DNA of 64,000 nt, from the NCBI GenBank assembly GCA_040285855.1, contig JAUFOQ010000002.1, positions 2,356,001-2,420,000 on the forward strand, in the 5' to 3' direction. The stretch comes from Eukaryota sp. GEM-RC1 (Eukaryota). How positions within the stretch are numbered: the stretch's first letter is position 1; each line of letters begins with the position of its first letter. The translations under genes and the position numbers were made by a program. Below are positions 12,609-24,938 of this stretch, one piece after another. A model generated the notes under the pieces. The model did not search any database. It saw only the letters and a list, made by a program, of their open reading frames with translations, and was not told where the DNA came from.

Positions 12609-15344
12609 TACAGATCTTGAAATTTATGTTTAATGTCCAGAGATTCTTACTTCGCAGAGGAATTCTAGAGCGTCACGTCGACACTTCGATCATTCTTCTT
12701 TCTTTCACTTTTTCGTCACACTTGAACTCCTACATTGTAGTTCTCTAGCACTTCTTCTTCTTCTCTAAAATATCCTTCTAATAAGAGAATCCGAATTTGA
12801 CTCATTGATCTTTTTGAAAAAGGATCGTTTTGTTTGAAGATGATCATTACTGTTTTGTAGACAGCTCAAATAGTCATCGTAAGAGTTCATCGTATCAACC
12901 TGCAACCATCGTCATCGTTCTGTTGATGGATCCTGACGTTGCACAGGTGCCCTTTTCTTAGCAAAAGCTGCTCCAAACATGTTCATTCGTACCACTTTGG
13001 TAAGTTGGAGCGACAACGACAAACAATACGTTGTTTTGTCGTCTGGTTTTACAACATCACATTTGTTGTTTGAGCTCCCCATAAACAGTATATTGCACTA
13101 TAACACAAAATTGTTGACCCTTCTTCTGCAGACAAATTGTTTGTTGTTGATGTAGTGTCAGTGGATGTTGATAAAAAGACATCTTTATAGAATGCTTACT
13201 CTGAAACTTCCCCTTTCTTCATTTCTGAACAAGTCAAACAGGATAAGTACAAGAAACCATTGATGACTTTAAAACATGTAAAACACGTTGAATACGAATT
13301 ATGCCCTTTTGCCGTTTCACTTTACGGACGTTTAGCAAAAGTGCATTTAATTTTTTTAAACGGTTCCGGAAAAATCGTAAAAAATTTAGAATGAACAAAC
13401 GTTTTCGTCATCCGTTATGGTTGAATCGGATCGTTTTAACTGTTTATAGAATAATTCGCCGAATCATCTCCTAAGCTTTATTAGCAGTGAGTTCCTTTCA
13501 TGAGGACAAAGCTGTTGTAAGATTTGATAGCGACGGGTGTTGTTTTAATGATTTCATATTTCAGTTGTTTAGTCTACTAAATTTATAATAAGTAAAGTAA
13601 ATACATGTCGTATTGCTACCTAATTTTAGACCCCAATCAATAATAAGTACAGATCAAATTTCACTAAATATGTGAAGTGATTGACTCACACTGAACACAC
13701 AGTTCAATTCGAATACAAACTACAGTAAAACAAAAGCAACTTCAATCGAGAAAGAAATGTTCAGCAATTGCATCTAGCATACTTCTGTCTACCCTTTAAT
13801 GAAATATATGAAGTACAAACTGCATCAAAAGATGTTGCTGTTTGTGAAACCTTTCTTTGAAAAAGTGTACACCTTCAAGAATTCTGAACAATTAATCTTC
13901 CAAAAGTAGGCACATTTTACAGCACAGAATTATTGCCAATATATTGGTATAGCAACACGAGTTGCAATCGACAAAAGCTATTGCGAATATCAATTAATTG
14001 TCACCAATCCCTACAATAGAGCACAAGCACTCTATTTGACCTTTCGAACTAAATAGACATCTCGAAATGCAGTTATAAATTTACTACATTGTACTATCAG
14101 CAAAGATTCACTTCAGAAGATCGTTACTGTCCCGACTTCATGTGAAGCTGAAACTTGGGTCTTTTTCTTAACAAAAATTGTCTTGGTTGATGAAGGAAAG
14201 AGTAAACATATTTCAATTTCGATAATGTTACCAAAATATTTGAATGTTGTGGTACTACTGACAAAATCAAGATGTTTAGTAAATTGGGGAATCAAATGTT
14301 ATCAAGCGAGCAGGCACATTCAATGTGGCACATTGTTCTCGTAATTTTTACATTCCAGTTTTTAGATTTAATTTATTTACAATCGAACATGAAACGCTAT
14401 CCTTGACTCATTCTGTATTTGTAGCTGTATCCTAACATTGATTTGTATCTGTATTTTGTGCAATTTCTCTCTATTTTCTGAAACATAATATCAGCCAAAT
14501 GGCATTAACAGCTACTTATCCTGATACAAACTAACTAAGATTCTCTATTGATGAGTGACCAACAAGGATAGTTAACGATTAATTTTTCAACTTACTGCAC
14601 GAAAGTGTTATCGTCATCGAAGAACTACTCTTGTGTCATTAAAAGGTCTCTGTCCATTGTTAGAGGTAGTACCTACAGTCAACATTAGATCATAGCGGGA
14701 AAACTCACCTGAAGGAAGACAATTACATGGGCAAAAAGAGATGAACAAAGTACAATTGTATTTAGATTCTCTAGTGAAGGAATTATCAAGTAAGCCAAAA
14801 ACTATCCAAATTTGAACATGATAATGATGAGTGGGGAGAGAAACTGTTTCACATACATCACTTAGCACACGTACTTAAGCTTCACAATATTTTAACAATT
14901 TATCCCATATAAAAATATTATCACTATTTATTGGTTCGAAAAAAAGATTTTAATGTAAAAAAACAATTTTTTCCAATACCTGATGCTTTGGTGATTTAGG
15001 TTAGAAGTCATCGGTGAGCTGACACCATCCAGAACTAAAACTCGAACTTGTATTTCTGAAAGACAAGTCGTTCAGACCAATAGAATTGAAAATAAACAGA
15101 GTCAAAAGTATATTCAAACGGTTATCATGTGTGATAATCGAAGACTAAGAATTGAAATGAAAATCATGTCCAAAGTATTCTTCTACCAATAGACTTGGGC
15201 GATCGAGTAGAGTAGAAGACAAACAGTAAATCATCAATCAATACATACAAGTAACTACGCTAGCGTTTCTGAACCTAACTCAAAACAATATCCAGTAGAT
15301 ACAACAACACATGGCATACCAAAGGTTATGAGATGTCGTTGTTT

Positions 15345-15704
15345 TTAAGAAGCTTGCGAAGATAGTCTTTTACGGGATTTGTCACCTTCATCTGGTGGGA
15401 ATTGTTCATTCAGAGCAGTCAGTAGTTCGCTCTTACGACTAGCGATCAGAATGAGTTTCTCTTCCTCAGGAACATTCTGTTCTGTTAATTCCTTTTCAAA
15501 CTGAGCAAGAGGTAGATACACATTCTCACGTAGAGCTGCACGTCGAGAGGTTTTAGAGGAGTCCTGGATGCCTGATAAACCCTGAAGAGATGTAGATGTA
15601 GATGAAGGAGCAGTACGGGGTTTAAATGCAGATGCTTTGTTTCTCATGACATAGCCAGAGGATCCACTTCCTTTCGACCTTGACATTCCAGTGTTGTTGT
15701 ACAT
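15345..15704 (-). CDS. CWC21: Pre-mRNA splicing factor Cwc21/SRRM2 N-terminal domain protein
   Basis: N-terminus MYNNTGMSRSKGSGSSGYVMRN resembles the cwf21 signature MYNGIGL.T.RGSGTNGYVQRN; followed by a helical cwf21-like segment. Confidence 0.8.
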   Translation of the reverse strand: MYNNTGMSRSKGSGSSGYVMRNKASAFKPRTAPSSTSTSLQGLSGIQDSSKTSRRAALRENVYLPLAQFEKELTEQNVPEEEKLILIASRKSELLTALNEQFPPDEGDKSRKRLSSQAS

Positions 15705-15859
15705 GATGTAAGACTTAGTGGCAAGTGGAATGTCCTAGAAATAAACATTTTCCTATTCTTGTTTAAGTCTATGTTTCTGCAATTTTTTGAACGTACAAAC
15801 AGATATCTGTTTTACTGTTGATGTTAAAGCCATCATGAGCAACATTCATTCTATTTCAT

Positions 15860-17622
15860 ATGCTTTGTCTGCTATTCGTTGTTTCTTTCATCCTAACTGC
15901 TTTCGCTTCATCAGAACTTACTCTATCGAAAACTGCCGATCCCACGACGGTCACTCTTGCGGGTTACGATCTTAAGTCATTCACTCAGGTATGTCTTGGA
16001 ATTGAGGGTTTTGGTAAAGTTTCCGACTCCCCTCCATCTCCTATCCCTAAGTGTGAAAAACCTCTTCACTCTATTTTCCTTGTAGAAGAGTCTAAAGCGA
16101 TTCAGTTCCTTGACCCTCACAAAGAACGTTATGGTGCAATCAAAAGATCCTCAATCAAATGCGTGATGATTGTGACTGGGTGATCATCATTTATTTCGAT
16201 CATCAATCTCATGTTTCTCACAAGCTCTCCCCTACTCAAGCCATTTCCTACATCACCTCCCCACATCACTCTTCTTCAATGGACAGCTCCTTACGAGTAG
16301 GACTTTCTGCTATTCCTTCCGCAATCTCTCGGTTAGGAAGTGCTCCAAGAACAGGTGTTGTGTTTCTTGGAACTGGAATGGGTCAAATATCCACGTCATC
16401 AGTGCCAAAAACCTGGCCTATTTACTCTCTAGCTATTGGTCACTCACAAGGAGCTACTTGGATCAAGAACTTAGAACTCATGTCTCAAGCAACTGGAGGA
16501 AAGTTCTACCAAAAGATCACTGATGTTACTATCAATTACATTAAGGGTCATCTTTGTATACTCTCTACTCCAAAACTTCCACCTCCTCCACCAAAGAAGG
16601 TGTCTTGTCCCTATGATATTGATGTTGTTGATGGTACCTTTTCTAACTGGGTCAATCATAAAGGATTCACTCTTGCCCCTTCTGTCACTGATTATACTGA
16701 GGAAGGGTTTGTAATGAAGTGGAAGAACATTGGGAAAACAGTTGTTGATGGGAAAAAGTGTTTAGTAGAGGGACAAAAGTTGAAATTTGCTTCAAAATCG
16801 AGTCAATTCTCTCTGGAAAATGCCCAATTGACCTTCCACTATCCAAAGTTCACTACAAAGTAGATGGAAAATCATTCACCAAACCCTTTCCTCAAAAATA
16901 CGTCAAAGTAACTGACTCTAAGAAACCTATCACGTGTCCGAGTGAACGTGATGTCCTTGTTCAATTCTACCAAGCAACCAATGGGGATCAATGGGCAGTC
17001 AACAAAGGATGGCTCGAAGGAAGCCCATGTAATGAAGGGAAGTATCCAGAAGAGAAGTGGTTTGGAGTAGAGTGTTCTGATGGGAAAGTTAAGGGACTAA
17101 GACTTCCTGACAATAAGTTGAAGGGCCATTTGGTATCGAATATTGGTTGTCTGGGTTTCTTACAAGACCTGCATCTTCCTCGAAATAGGATCCATGGGTC
17201 TTTGCCTTCTAGTTTGGGAATGCTGACTCATTTACAGTACTTTGATTTGTCTGATAATGAGATTAGTGGGGAGAAAAAAGACTTGCGAAGGGGTTGATAT
17301 TCAGAGCATCCCAGAATCTGTGTGTAAGTTGAAATTTCTAAAGTATTTCTATATTTCAAGGAATCGATTGACTGGAAAACTTCCTAAGTGTGTTGATAAG
17401 TTGGTTGAGCTGATTCAATGGCATACTGATTGTAACAAGTTGACAGGTGAGATCCCCATTGGTTTTAAAGAACTTCCCAAGTTTACAGAACTTCACACCT
17501 TCTGCAATAACCATACCCCTGCTTGTCCTCCTTGGGCTAGCACTATTATTGATAGAGGAGTTATCTTCCCTTGTGAGAACGTAGATTGTGAAGAGAGGTG
17601 TAGGCGTAGTATGAAGAAATAA
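15860..17622 (+). CDS. Secreted protein with degenerate vWA-like domain and plant-type LRR region; several frameshifts
   Basis: Signal peptide; vWA-like segments (VVFLGTG, PIYSLAIG, LELMSQATGGKFY). LRR N-cap (ERDVLVQFYQATNGDQW...WFGVEC) and LxLxxNxLxGxLP repeats across four overlapping ORFs. Confidence 0.7.
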
Positions 17623-17981
17623 ATGTGTTTTTTGACTGTATTGGTGTTGATTAGATTTTGAAAAGATTACCATAATGATAGTCAACAATGTTCTGTTTGT
17701 GATGACAGATCTGTACAGTTGTAGTATTACTTTAATTCACAGTATTGTTGATTAGTGGCAAATTAGTGTTAAAGCCAATTTAAAAGGGTTTTTGTATGGA
17801 AAGTATTTCTAGTCCTTAAAAGGTTGCCAGTGGTTAACCTTTCTTCAGAACAGCATGTTCTCAAATTGGAGTCGTATGACTGAATCACCTTTCAAGACTT
17901 GAAAGGGGTTCTTAGTTTGTATCATGAAGAAACAACATGGCACAAATTAGAGACAACAACACATCTTAAAGATCTAAACTT

Positions 17982-19208
17982 TTATTTATTCTGTCTGACA
18001 GCGTCAATTGTTGGTAATAGATAGTCAATAAATTCATCCTCTGTAAACGTAAAACTCAGATCCTTCCAATGTTCAAAACAACTATGCATTCTCAAATCTA
18101 ATGCTTCTACTTTACTCAGAAAAGGAAACCGATCATTTCTGATTGTATTCACCACGCTAATGTTATACCCATGATTAATCAACCCCAATGTATCAGCAAC
18201 ATAATTATAAACCCAATTAAAGCACTTTGGAGGATATAAACAAACAACTCCAGAATCAGGTTCAAGCCATAGAGAATGTACTAATCCTGCTCCATGTACT
18301 CCTACTAAAATGTCTGTTGAAGCGGCGACTCTAATTTGTTCAGAAATAGTTTGAGTGTTAGTTTTAGAGATTGATAATGTTGCGTTATAGCTCTTTAGCT
18401 TTTCTGCCACAGTTTGTACCCACGATGAGTTCTTTAGGTTGACTATTTGTCGATTGTGAGGATAACGATCCAGAACCGTAATTAGAAGGTGATTAGGATC
18501 AGATTGACTGGGATTTGGATGAAATGATTGTAGAAACTTGGTTTTGATTGATTGGAATCGTGAAGAACAACGGTTTCTGATCTTCGAGTTCAACAGATTT
18601 CCTTTACATCGTAGGTGTTCTCGGTCGATATTAACAATCAAACTCCTGACGTAAACGTGATGCGGGGAATGCAACACCTTCCCAAACAAGTTAAAAAGCA
18701 CGTCATACTTCGCTGGCACGAGTTTCTTAGGATCACAGTAATGAAACAGTATATTTGCTTGTGAAACACCGTCTTGGTTCATTGAATCTTGAAGAGGAAT
18801 CAGTGTATCAAAAATGATATGAAAGATGTTCTTGTAATGTACAACATTAAAGAGATAAAGAGGTTCTGTAAAAGATGTCTTTTCTACTGGAAAAGGAGTT
18901 GAGTTGTAGGTGACAGTGATCGGGGAAATGGGAATACCTCTACGGGAACAGCAACCAGTACTAGCTTGGTCTAGGAGTGTAGTGTTGACGGGAGAAGAGG
19001 AACTTGGGGTGTGGTAAATGATGGAGTATTTGTGAAGTTTGGGGTTGTACAGAAGCTGTACATTAGTGAGTTTGATACGAAAAGAAGAACACAGATTTCG
19101 TTGGGAAACAGAAGAAGGGTGGATGTACTCGATTGAAGAGTATGCAGGTTGATTATGTGAGTAGGACAAGGAAACACATAGAATCACAATGATGACACAG
19201 AGAAGCAT
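17982..19208 (-). CDS. Glycosyltransferase family 61 (EOGT/POMGNT2/xylosyltransferase-like), type II membrane
   Basis: N-terminal TM segment, NIFHIIFD motif and the GT61 signature EQIRVAASTDILVGVHGAGLVHSLWL. Confidence 0.88.
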   Translation of the reverse strand: MLLCVIIVILCVSLSYSHNQPAYSSIEYIHPSSVSQRNLCSSFRIKLTNVQLLYNPKLHKYSIIYHTPSSSSPVNTTLLDQASTGCCSRRGIPISPITVTYNSTPFPVEKTSFTEPLYLFNVVHYKNIFHIIFDTLIPLQDSMNQDGVSQANILFHYCDPKKLVPAKYDVLFNLFGKVLHSPHHVYVRSLIVNIDREHLRCKGNLLNSKIRNRCSSRFQSIKTKFLQSFHPNPSQSDPNHLLITVLDRYPHNRQIVNLKNSSWVQTVAEKLKSYNATLSISKTNTQTISEQIRVAASTDILVGVHGAGLVHSLWLEPDSGVVCLYPPKCFNWVYNYVADTLGLINHGYNISVVNTIRNDRFPFLSKVEALDLRMHSCFEHWKDLSFTFTEDEFIDYLLPTIDAVRQNK

Positions 19209-19244
19209 AAACGTTAGTTTAGGTCTTGAAAGCCACAAGATATC

Positions 19245-19499
19245 CTACTCCTTTATTCGGAATTCCTGTCTACAGAGAGGACATTCGATCTTTTCATCAA
19301 GCCATCGAAGGATGCAGTGCATGTGAAAAGGATGTGTGCATTCACCCCAAAGAAGAGGACAATTATCACCAGGTAGCTCGCATTTTGGACAAGGAGCATC
19401 AAAAGAATTGTGGCAGATACCACAACAATCTCTATCTTTGGTATCCCATTGCCAGAAAGCTATACCATTATACTGTAGAAGTTCAAGATTGAATGTCAT
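19245..19499 (-). CDS. APC11: Anaphase-promoting complex subunit 11 (RING-H2)
   Basis: NGIAFWQW...CGICHNSFDAPCPKCELPGDNCPLLWGECTHPFHMHCILRWL...CPLCRQEF; the PGD.CPL.WG motif favours APC11 over RBX1. Confidence 0.9.
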   Translation of the reverse strand: MTFNLELLQYNGIAFWQWDTKDRDCCGICHNSFDAPCPKCELPGDNCPLLWGECTHPFHMHCILRWLDEKIECPLCRQEFRIKE

Positions 19500-19826
19500 C
19501 AAAAGAATTGTTTAAGAAATGTCCTTTAAATTCCTACTATTAGCGCTTATTTCAATACTTATTTTAGAACTGATATGATTGAGAGTAACGAAGGAGTAAC
19601 TACAAACAATATATGAGTGCAAAAGGTCGATGTTATAAATCTTGACCCGTCAGTGTTGCTACAATATTATTGTCTTTCGTTGATAATTGTTAACTAGTTG
19701 ATGAGCTATGGTTGGAACTTATAAAGAGAAAAGTGACTCTTTGTTTTAATTGTCGTTTTTGAAAATCCTTATTTTTCTCAACCTGTCCTTGCTTCTCTGT
19801 ATCTCTTTACTTCTTCTCAACTTAAC

Positions 19827-21634
19827 ATGTCTCAACTACGGAAACTACTTAGTATGCTCTCTCATGCTCCTTATCTTAGACGAAATTGAGCGTACTCTTA
19901 AAAAGGTCGACGAAGGCATTGATGAATTCGAAGACATCTGGGACCGTGTCCATGACGCTGCTTCTCAAACTCAGCGTGAAAAACATGAAGCAGAACTGAA
20001 GAAAACTATCAAGAAACTTCAGCGTTACAGAGACCAAATCCGAACATGGATAAGTTCCTCTGAAATCAAAGATAAAAGGAACCTTGAGGACTCTCGTAGA
20101 CGCATTGAAACACTTATGGAACGGTTCAAAGTTATTGAGCGTCAATCCAAAACAAAAGCTTACTCCCGTGAAGGTCTAGCTCAGTCAAGTATGGAGGATG
20201 AGGACACTGTCAGAATTAACCAGGCTGTTGAATGGATTCAGCGTATGATTAGTGAGTTGGAATCTCAAATTGACCAACAAGAAGCTATTGCTGAAGCTAT
20301 ATCCGTTAAAAAATCTAAATCTCGTAAGGTCAAACAAGAAGAACAGGAGGATATGGCCAACTGTGAGTTTAAAATTGAAAGACATCGGTTCCACATACAG
20401 CAACTGGAACTTGTAATGAGACTCTTAATTAATGTAGAGATGGATGTTGATATGGTTGATATTATTAAGGATTCTGTAGAATATTATGTGGATTGTAATG
20501 ATGATCCTGAATTCTTTGAAGATATGGAACTTTATGACCAATTAGAACTAGAAGAGTATACTCATGGAGATTTGGAAAATGTTGGAATTTTAGCTTCTAC
20601 AGAAGAACGAAAAGCGGAAGAAAAAAGGAAGAAGAAAAAACCTGTTGAAAAGGAAAAACGACCATCGAGCAGTCTGTCTCACTCTGATAGTGGTAATCGT
20701 AAGGAGAGACCCCCACCAGAACGAAAACGTGAAGTGAAGACTCCACAAGTCAAAAGGGAATCATCACAATCCAAGATTGAACCTCAGAAAAAGCCCTTTC
20801 CCACTCCAGTTCCCCCAAAGAGAGAAGACTTCAAGAGAGCTACTCCAAATGGTCCATCAATGGCAGAAGTTCTTGCTGGCCGCATATCTCGTCCATCATC
20901 AGCTTCTGTAAAGAAGGAACCTTCTCCTAGCCTTGAAAAGGTTGAATCACAGATGTCCAAGGTAGAGGTGTCGGTACCAACTCCTGTGCCTTCATCCAAA
21001 CCCTCCACCCCTGTTCCACCACCAGTTCAGCATCCCTCCCCTGTGCATCCACCTGCACCTGTCCAACCAGTCGTCACTACTACTCCAGTACCTGCTGAGT
21101 TCGAAGCCTTAGGCGCTCTCCTCCCTGATCCAGCACCCAGTCTCTTCGATACTAATCCAATAACACTGCCGTCGTCCAATGAGTATTCGTATTCTCAGAC
21201 AATGGTCCTACTGGAAGCTAGTTGTCACTACATCCCAACCGCATACGACTCTCGACCTCCCTACAAATATCTTCCAGGAACTCCAGCCGAAACACCCTCA
21301 TTCTTCCCTCAGTGTCCGTTGAACATCTTTCCAAAACCCACAGTTTTATTCGAAGCTAGCAGATGTTGATACTCTGTTTTACATGTTCTTTTTCTGTCAG
21401 GGTTCAGTGCAACAATACCTGGCAGCAAAGGAACTCAAACGACAGAATTGGAGATATCATAAGAAGTTTCTGACGTTTTTTCAACGACATTCAGAGCCAA
21501 AGAAGTCTACAGATGAGTTCGAGGAAGGATCGTATATCTATTTTGATTATGAAAGTGATTGGACGCAACGTGTAAAGAACGAATTCCGATTCAGTTACGA
21601 GTTTCTAGAAGATGAGCTACCGATACATCAGTAG
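19827..21634 (+). CDS. CNOT3: CCR4-NOT subunit 3/5; intron 19852-19879 and an extra T at ~21345
   Basis: Spliced start MSQLRKLL^[38 protein letters not shown], and C-terminal NOT-box [29 protein letters not shown]. Confidence 0.95.
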
Positions 21635-22021
21635 GGAACTACGGTGTTAGTTTTTTGTGTTATATAAATACTCTATTTAGACATGTTACTGATGAATGTT
21701 TGAATTTTATTCATTGCCATGGCGTGTACTAAACTATTAACTTTACGCCAAACTTGTACGGTTTGATTTCTGAACGAGAGAATCAGAGATTATAGACCGT
21801 AACTTCCTTTTAGCTCTTCAAAATCCTTGAAAAGTTGTTCACCTGCATAACTAATCGACCCAATAAGAAAAAAAACGTTAACTCCACTTTCAAGGTCGAG
21901 AAATTTAGTCGAAATAAAAAACAATATCAGTCCTACATCCATACCTGTAAGACAAGTGAAACTTATAATAACAATAATGCATGATGAAAAAGCGTCCCAG
22001 GAGATTGCAAAAATTGAAAGA

Positions 22022-24528
22022 TTAAGTTGAAAATCTATTTGCTTTACACAACCCTCTTCGTTTCAATTTGTCAATAGTCTCACATCCATCAAACTCCTTT
22101 TTCTTTCCTTCCCAATATCTTGCCTTGTCTAAATCAACATCAGTACCTAACCCATTCCTATAAAACTTAATCAACTGGGAAATTCCGCTTCCATTATTAA
22201 GCTCTGCTGATTTCTTAAACAACTCAAAAGCCTTTTGATAGTTCTGACTGTCTCCAGTTTTTTCATACACATTAGTCCATAATTGGTCATTCCAACGGAA
22301 CTTCCTGATTCAGCAGCCATTTGATAATACTTGATGCCTTCATCAATGTCCTTTTCCACTCCATCACCTCTATAATATTGATATCCCAATTGAGCCATTG
22401 CACCAGCATTTCCTAATTCACAAGCAATCCTCAACAATCTGATACTTTCTTCCAGGTTTTTTCCACTCCATATCCATCTCTATAACAGACGATGAGCCAA
22501 AATAGGCCTTCAGAATTTAAATCTGCAGACTTTTTGAACCAATTAAATGCATGTTGAGGAGATTTGTAGATACCTTTACCACTGTAATAACAATGCCCTA
22601 AATTAACCATACCAAAAACGTGTCCCAATTCTGCAGATTTTTTAAAATATTGAAAAGCAGTTTCAAAATTCTGCTCAACCCCCAAACCCAAATAATAGCA
22701 AATTCCTAATTTGAAAATTGATTCCAAATGATTGGCATCAGCAGTTTTCTTAAATAAAACAAAAGCAGTTTCATAGTTTTGAGTAACATTTGTTCCATGG
22801 AAAAAGTCTAAAGCAGTTGAAAAAGAGCTTGGCAGACTTCTTTCATCGGGTCAACAAGATTCCTCCAGACTGTGAGCTCTTTTTCACGTGATGACAAGAG
22901 TTCAAGAGAATTCTTTGAGACAAATGAATTGATGAATGGTTCCAGTACTTCGTCAGTATTTAACTCTGCTATAATATTTAAAAATTGGCATTTGTTAGCA
23001 TCTGCTACCGGAATAGACTTTAAACATTTGACAAAAGAATCTATTGTCCATGAATCATTGAATTCTGTAGATTTCTTCCAGGAATTCACAAGGCTTCTCG
23101 CTAGCCATAAACAATAATCACTGGTAAGTTTTGAACAGAAAAGGTCCATGCAAATAGATGAACATGAAAAATTGGTTTCATATTTCAAATATTCAGAAGT
23201 AAGTACCAAAGGAAACATATTCACTAGAAATTTCAAATATTTGGAATAAAGTGGGCTTCCATCAACATGACATAACGTTACAAGAAACCAGGAGGGTGGA
23301 ATATTAGCAAAATTTTCCACATTTTTAAATATTCCGACTGTCCATTCAACTAAAACCGAAGTGAACTGACTATCGTGAAACAATAATTCAATAATTTCAT
23401 ATAACGCAAATAATGCAAATTCACGAACGGCCGCAGCAGTCAGTATTGGCTGTAATTCAGTAGCTAGAAACCCGTCTGATTTGTAAAGTTTCATTAAACA
23501 ATTAAACAACCAATAGAAATCAATATAAGGAAGTAAAAACTTAGTAAAAGAAACACTTAAAGGAATAGGTTCATGAGAAATACTTGAAGGAATTTTAAAT
23601 ATCTGAATATTATCAACTAAGAAGTTGAATTGATTTCGTTCATTGGAAATTTGAAGTAAATAGACCAACTCGTGTTCTGAAAACGAATTATAAGAAAGAA
23701 ACTCTTTACAAGCTAATTTCAGTTCATCTACTTGGAAATATACTGATAGTTGAAAGAAATCGAGAATATTTGAAATATTGAATTCAATAGACTCACAGTA
23801 GAATAATTGAAAAACTGGGAGAATACTTCGTCTGCAACACCCGGGAATTCAGTAGAATATTCAAATTTACGTATATTGGAGTCTGCAAATTCCGAAGTGA
23901 AAGAAGTGAAGAAGTGGTGTGAAACAAAAACAGAGTTTAATGTAATATCAGTGTTTTTGTAAGAAACGCGTACATCTGAGACACAAGATTCCACTATTTT
24001 TGAAGCTAAAACATCTGGTCTGAGCTGAAACTTGTTATCATCAAAGTTATCTAAACCTTTAGATATTCTCTCAGTAACAAACTTAGTTAGCTCCTGAAAT
24101 TGAGGAATAGAAGCAATAATAGAAAGGATCGAGAAAGATTGAGAGGTAACTGGAAGAGGTTGGCCGTAGAGAGTTGATAGAACCATAAAGAAAAGGTCAG
24201 GATCTGAAAGGAAAGGAAGAGAAGGAAACTCTACTGAAGACGATCGGAACAGCTGTTCTTTAAGATAAGAACTGAAGGAACTAACGACGAAAGAATGGCA
24301 GTGGAAGGGGAGATCATCGTAGAGAATTGCAGTGTCTGTAAGAAGATTCTTTTCTGAAAAGAGTGGAGCTTGGTGCAGAAAGAAGTCGAGGGTGAAGGAG
24401 AAAGTACCAGATAAAAAACTGGTTTCATCATGTGTATTAGAACTAGATGGTACATGCATATCGACAAGATCATCTTCCAGTGATTCTAGCTGTGGTGCTA
24501 GGCTCTGCGTCAAATCGGTTGGTAACAT
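22022..24528 (-). CDS. Tandem BTB/POZ-domain protein with C-terminal Sel1-like repeats; at least 4 frameshifts (error-broken gene or pseudogene)
   Basis: BTB-like FHCHSFVVSSFSSYLK and a second BTB (FTSEFADS...YFQVDELK). Sel1 repeats LGICYYLGLGVEQNFETAFQYFKKSAELG and LGYQYYRGDGVEKDIDEGIKYYQMAAE. Confidence 0.8.
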
Positions 24529-24938
24529 AGAAAATTTGAATTTGACTGTTAATGCTACTGCTACATCAGTTCAGTCGTAAACGTTACGTATAAAAACTTC
24601 ATAGTGGCAACTACTATGACTGTAGAAGTCAAATAGTAAGAAAAGGCAAAAATTATAGTGTATTGTAGTTTCACATATAGATATTTGTTGAGTCAAAAGT
24701 TTGAATTGATCACTTCTTTGAGGTTAACAAGAAATTGATATAGAATGTTTCAGTCTGAAAGGTGATACAGATTCAGATTGTTCTACTACTAGTACACGTA
24801 TTTTTACAAATGCTCTCATTGAGCTAAGTCTGTACGGATTTCTCATCAGTAACTGATTGGAGTTAGTCTCACTGAGACTATTTTCTATGGGATTGATCGA
24901 AATAATCGAGTAGACAGAGAGATTAAATCAACTCTGCA

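Noticed and set aside
12650..14015. Decayed minus-strand Cys-containing ORF and a lone hAT-like right end (...CCAATCCCTA at ~14013)
   Set aside because: Multiple stops, and no matching left TIR or TSD found; cannot be delimited.
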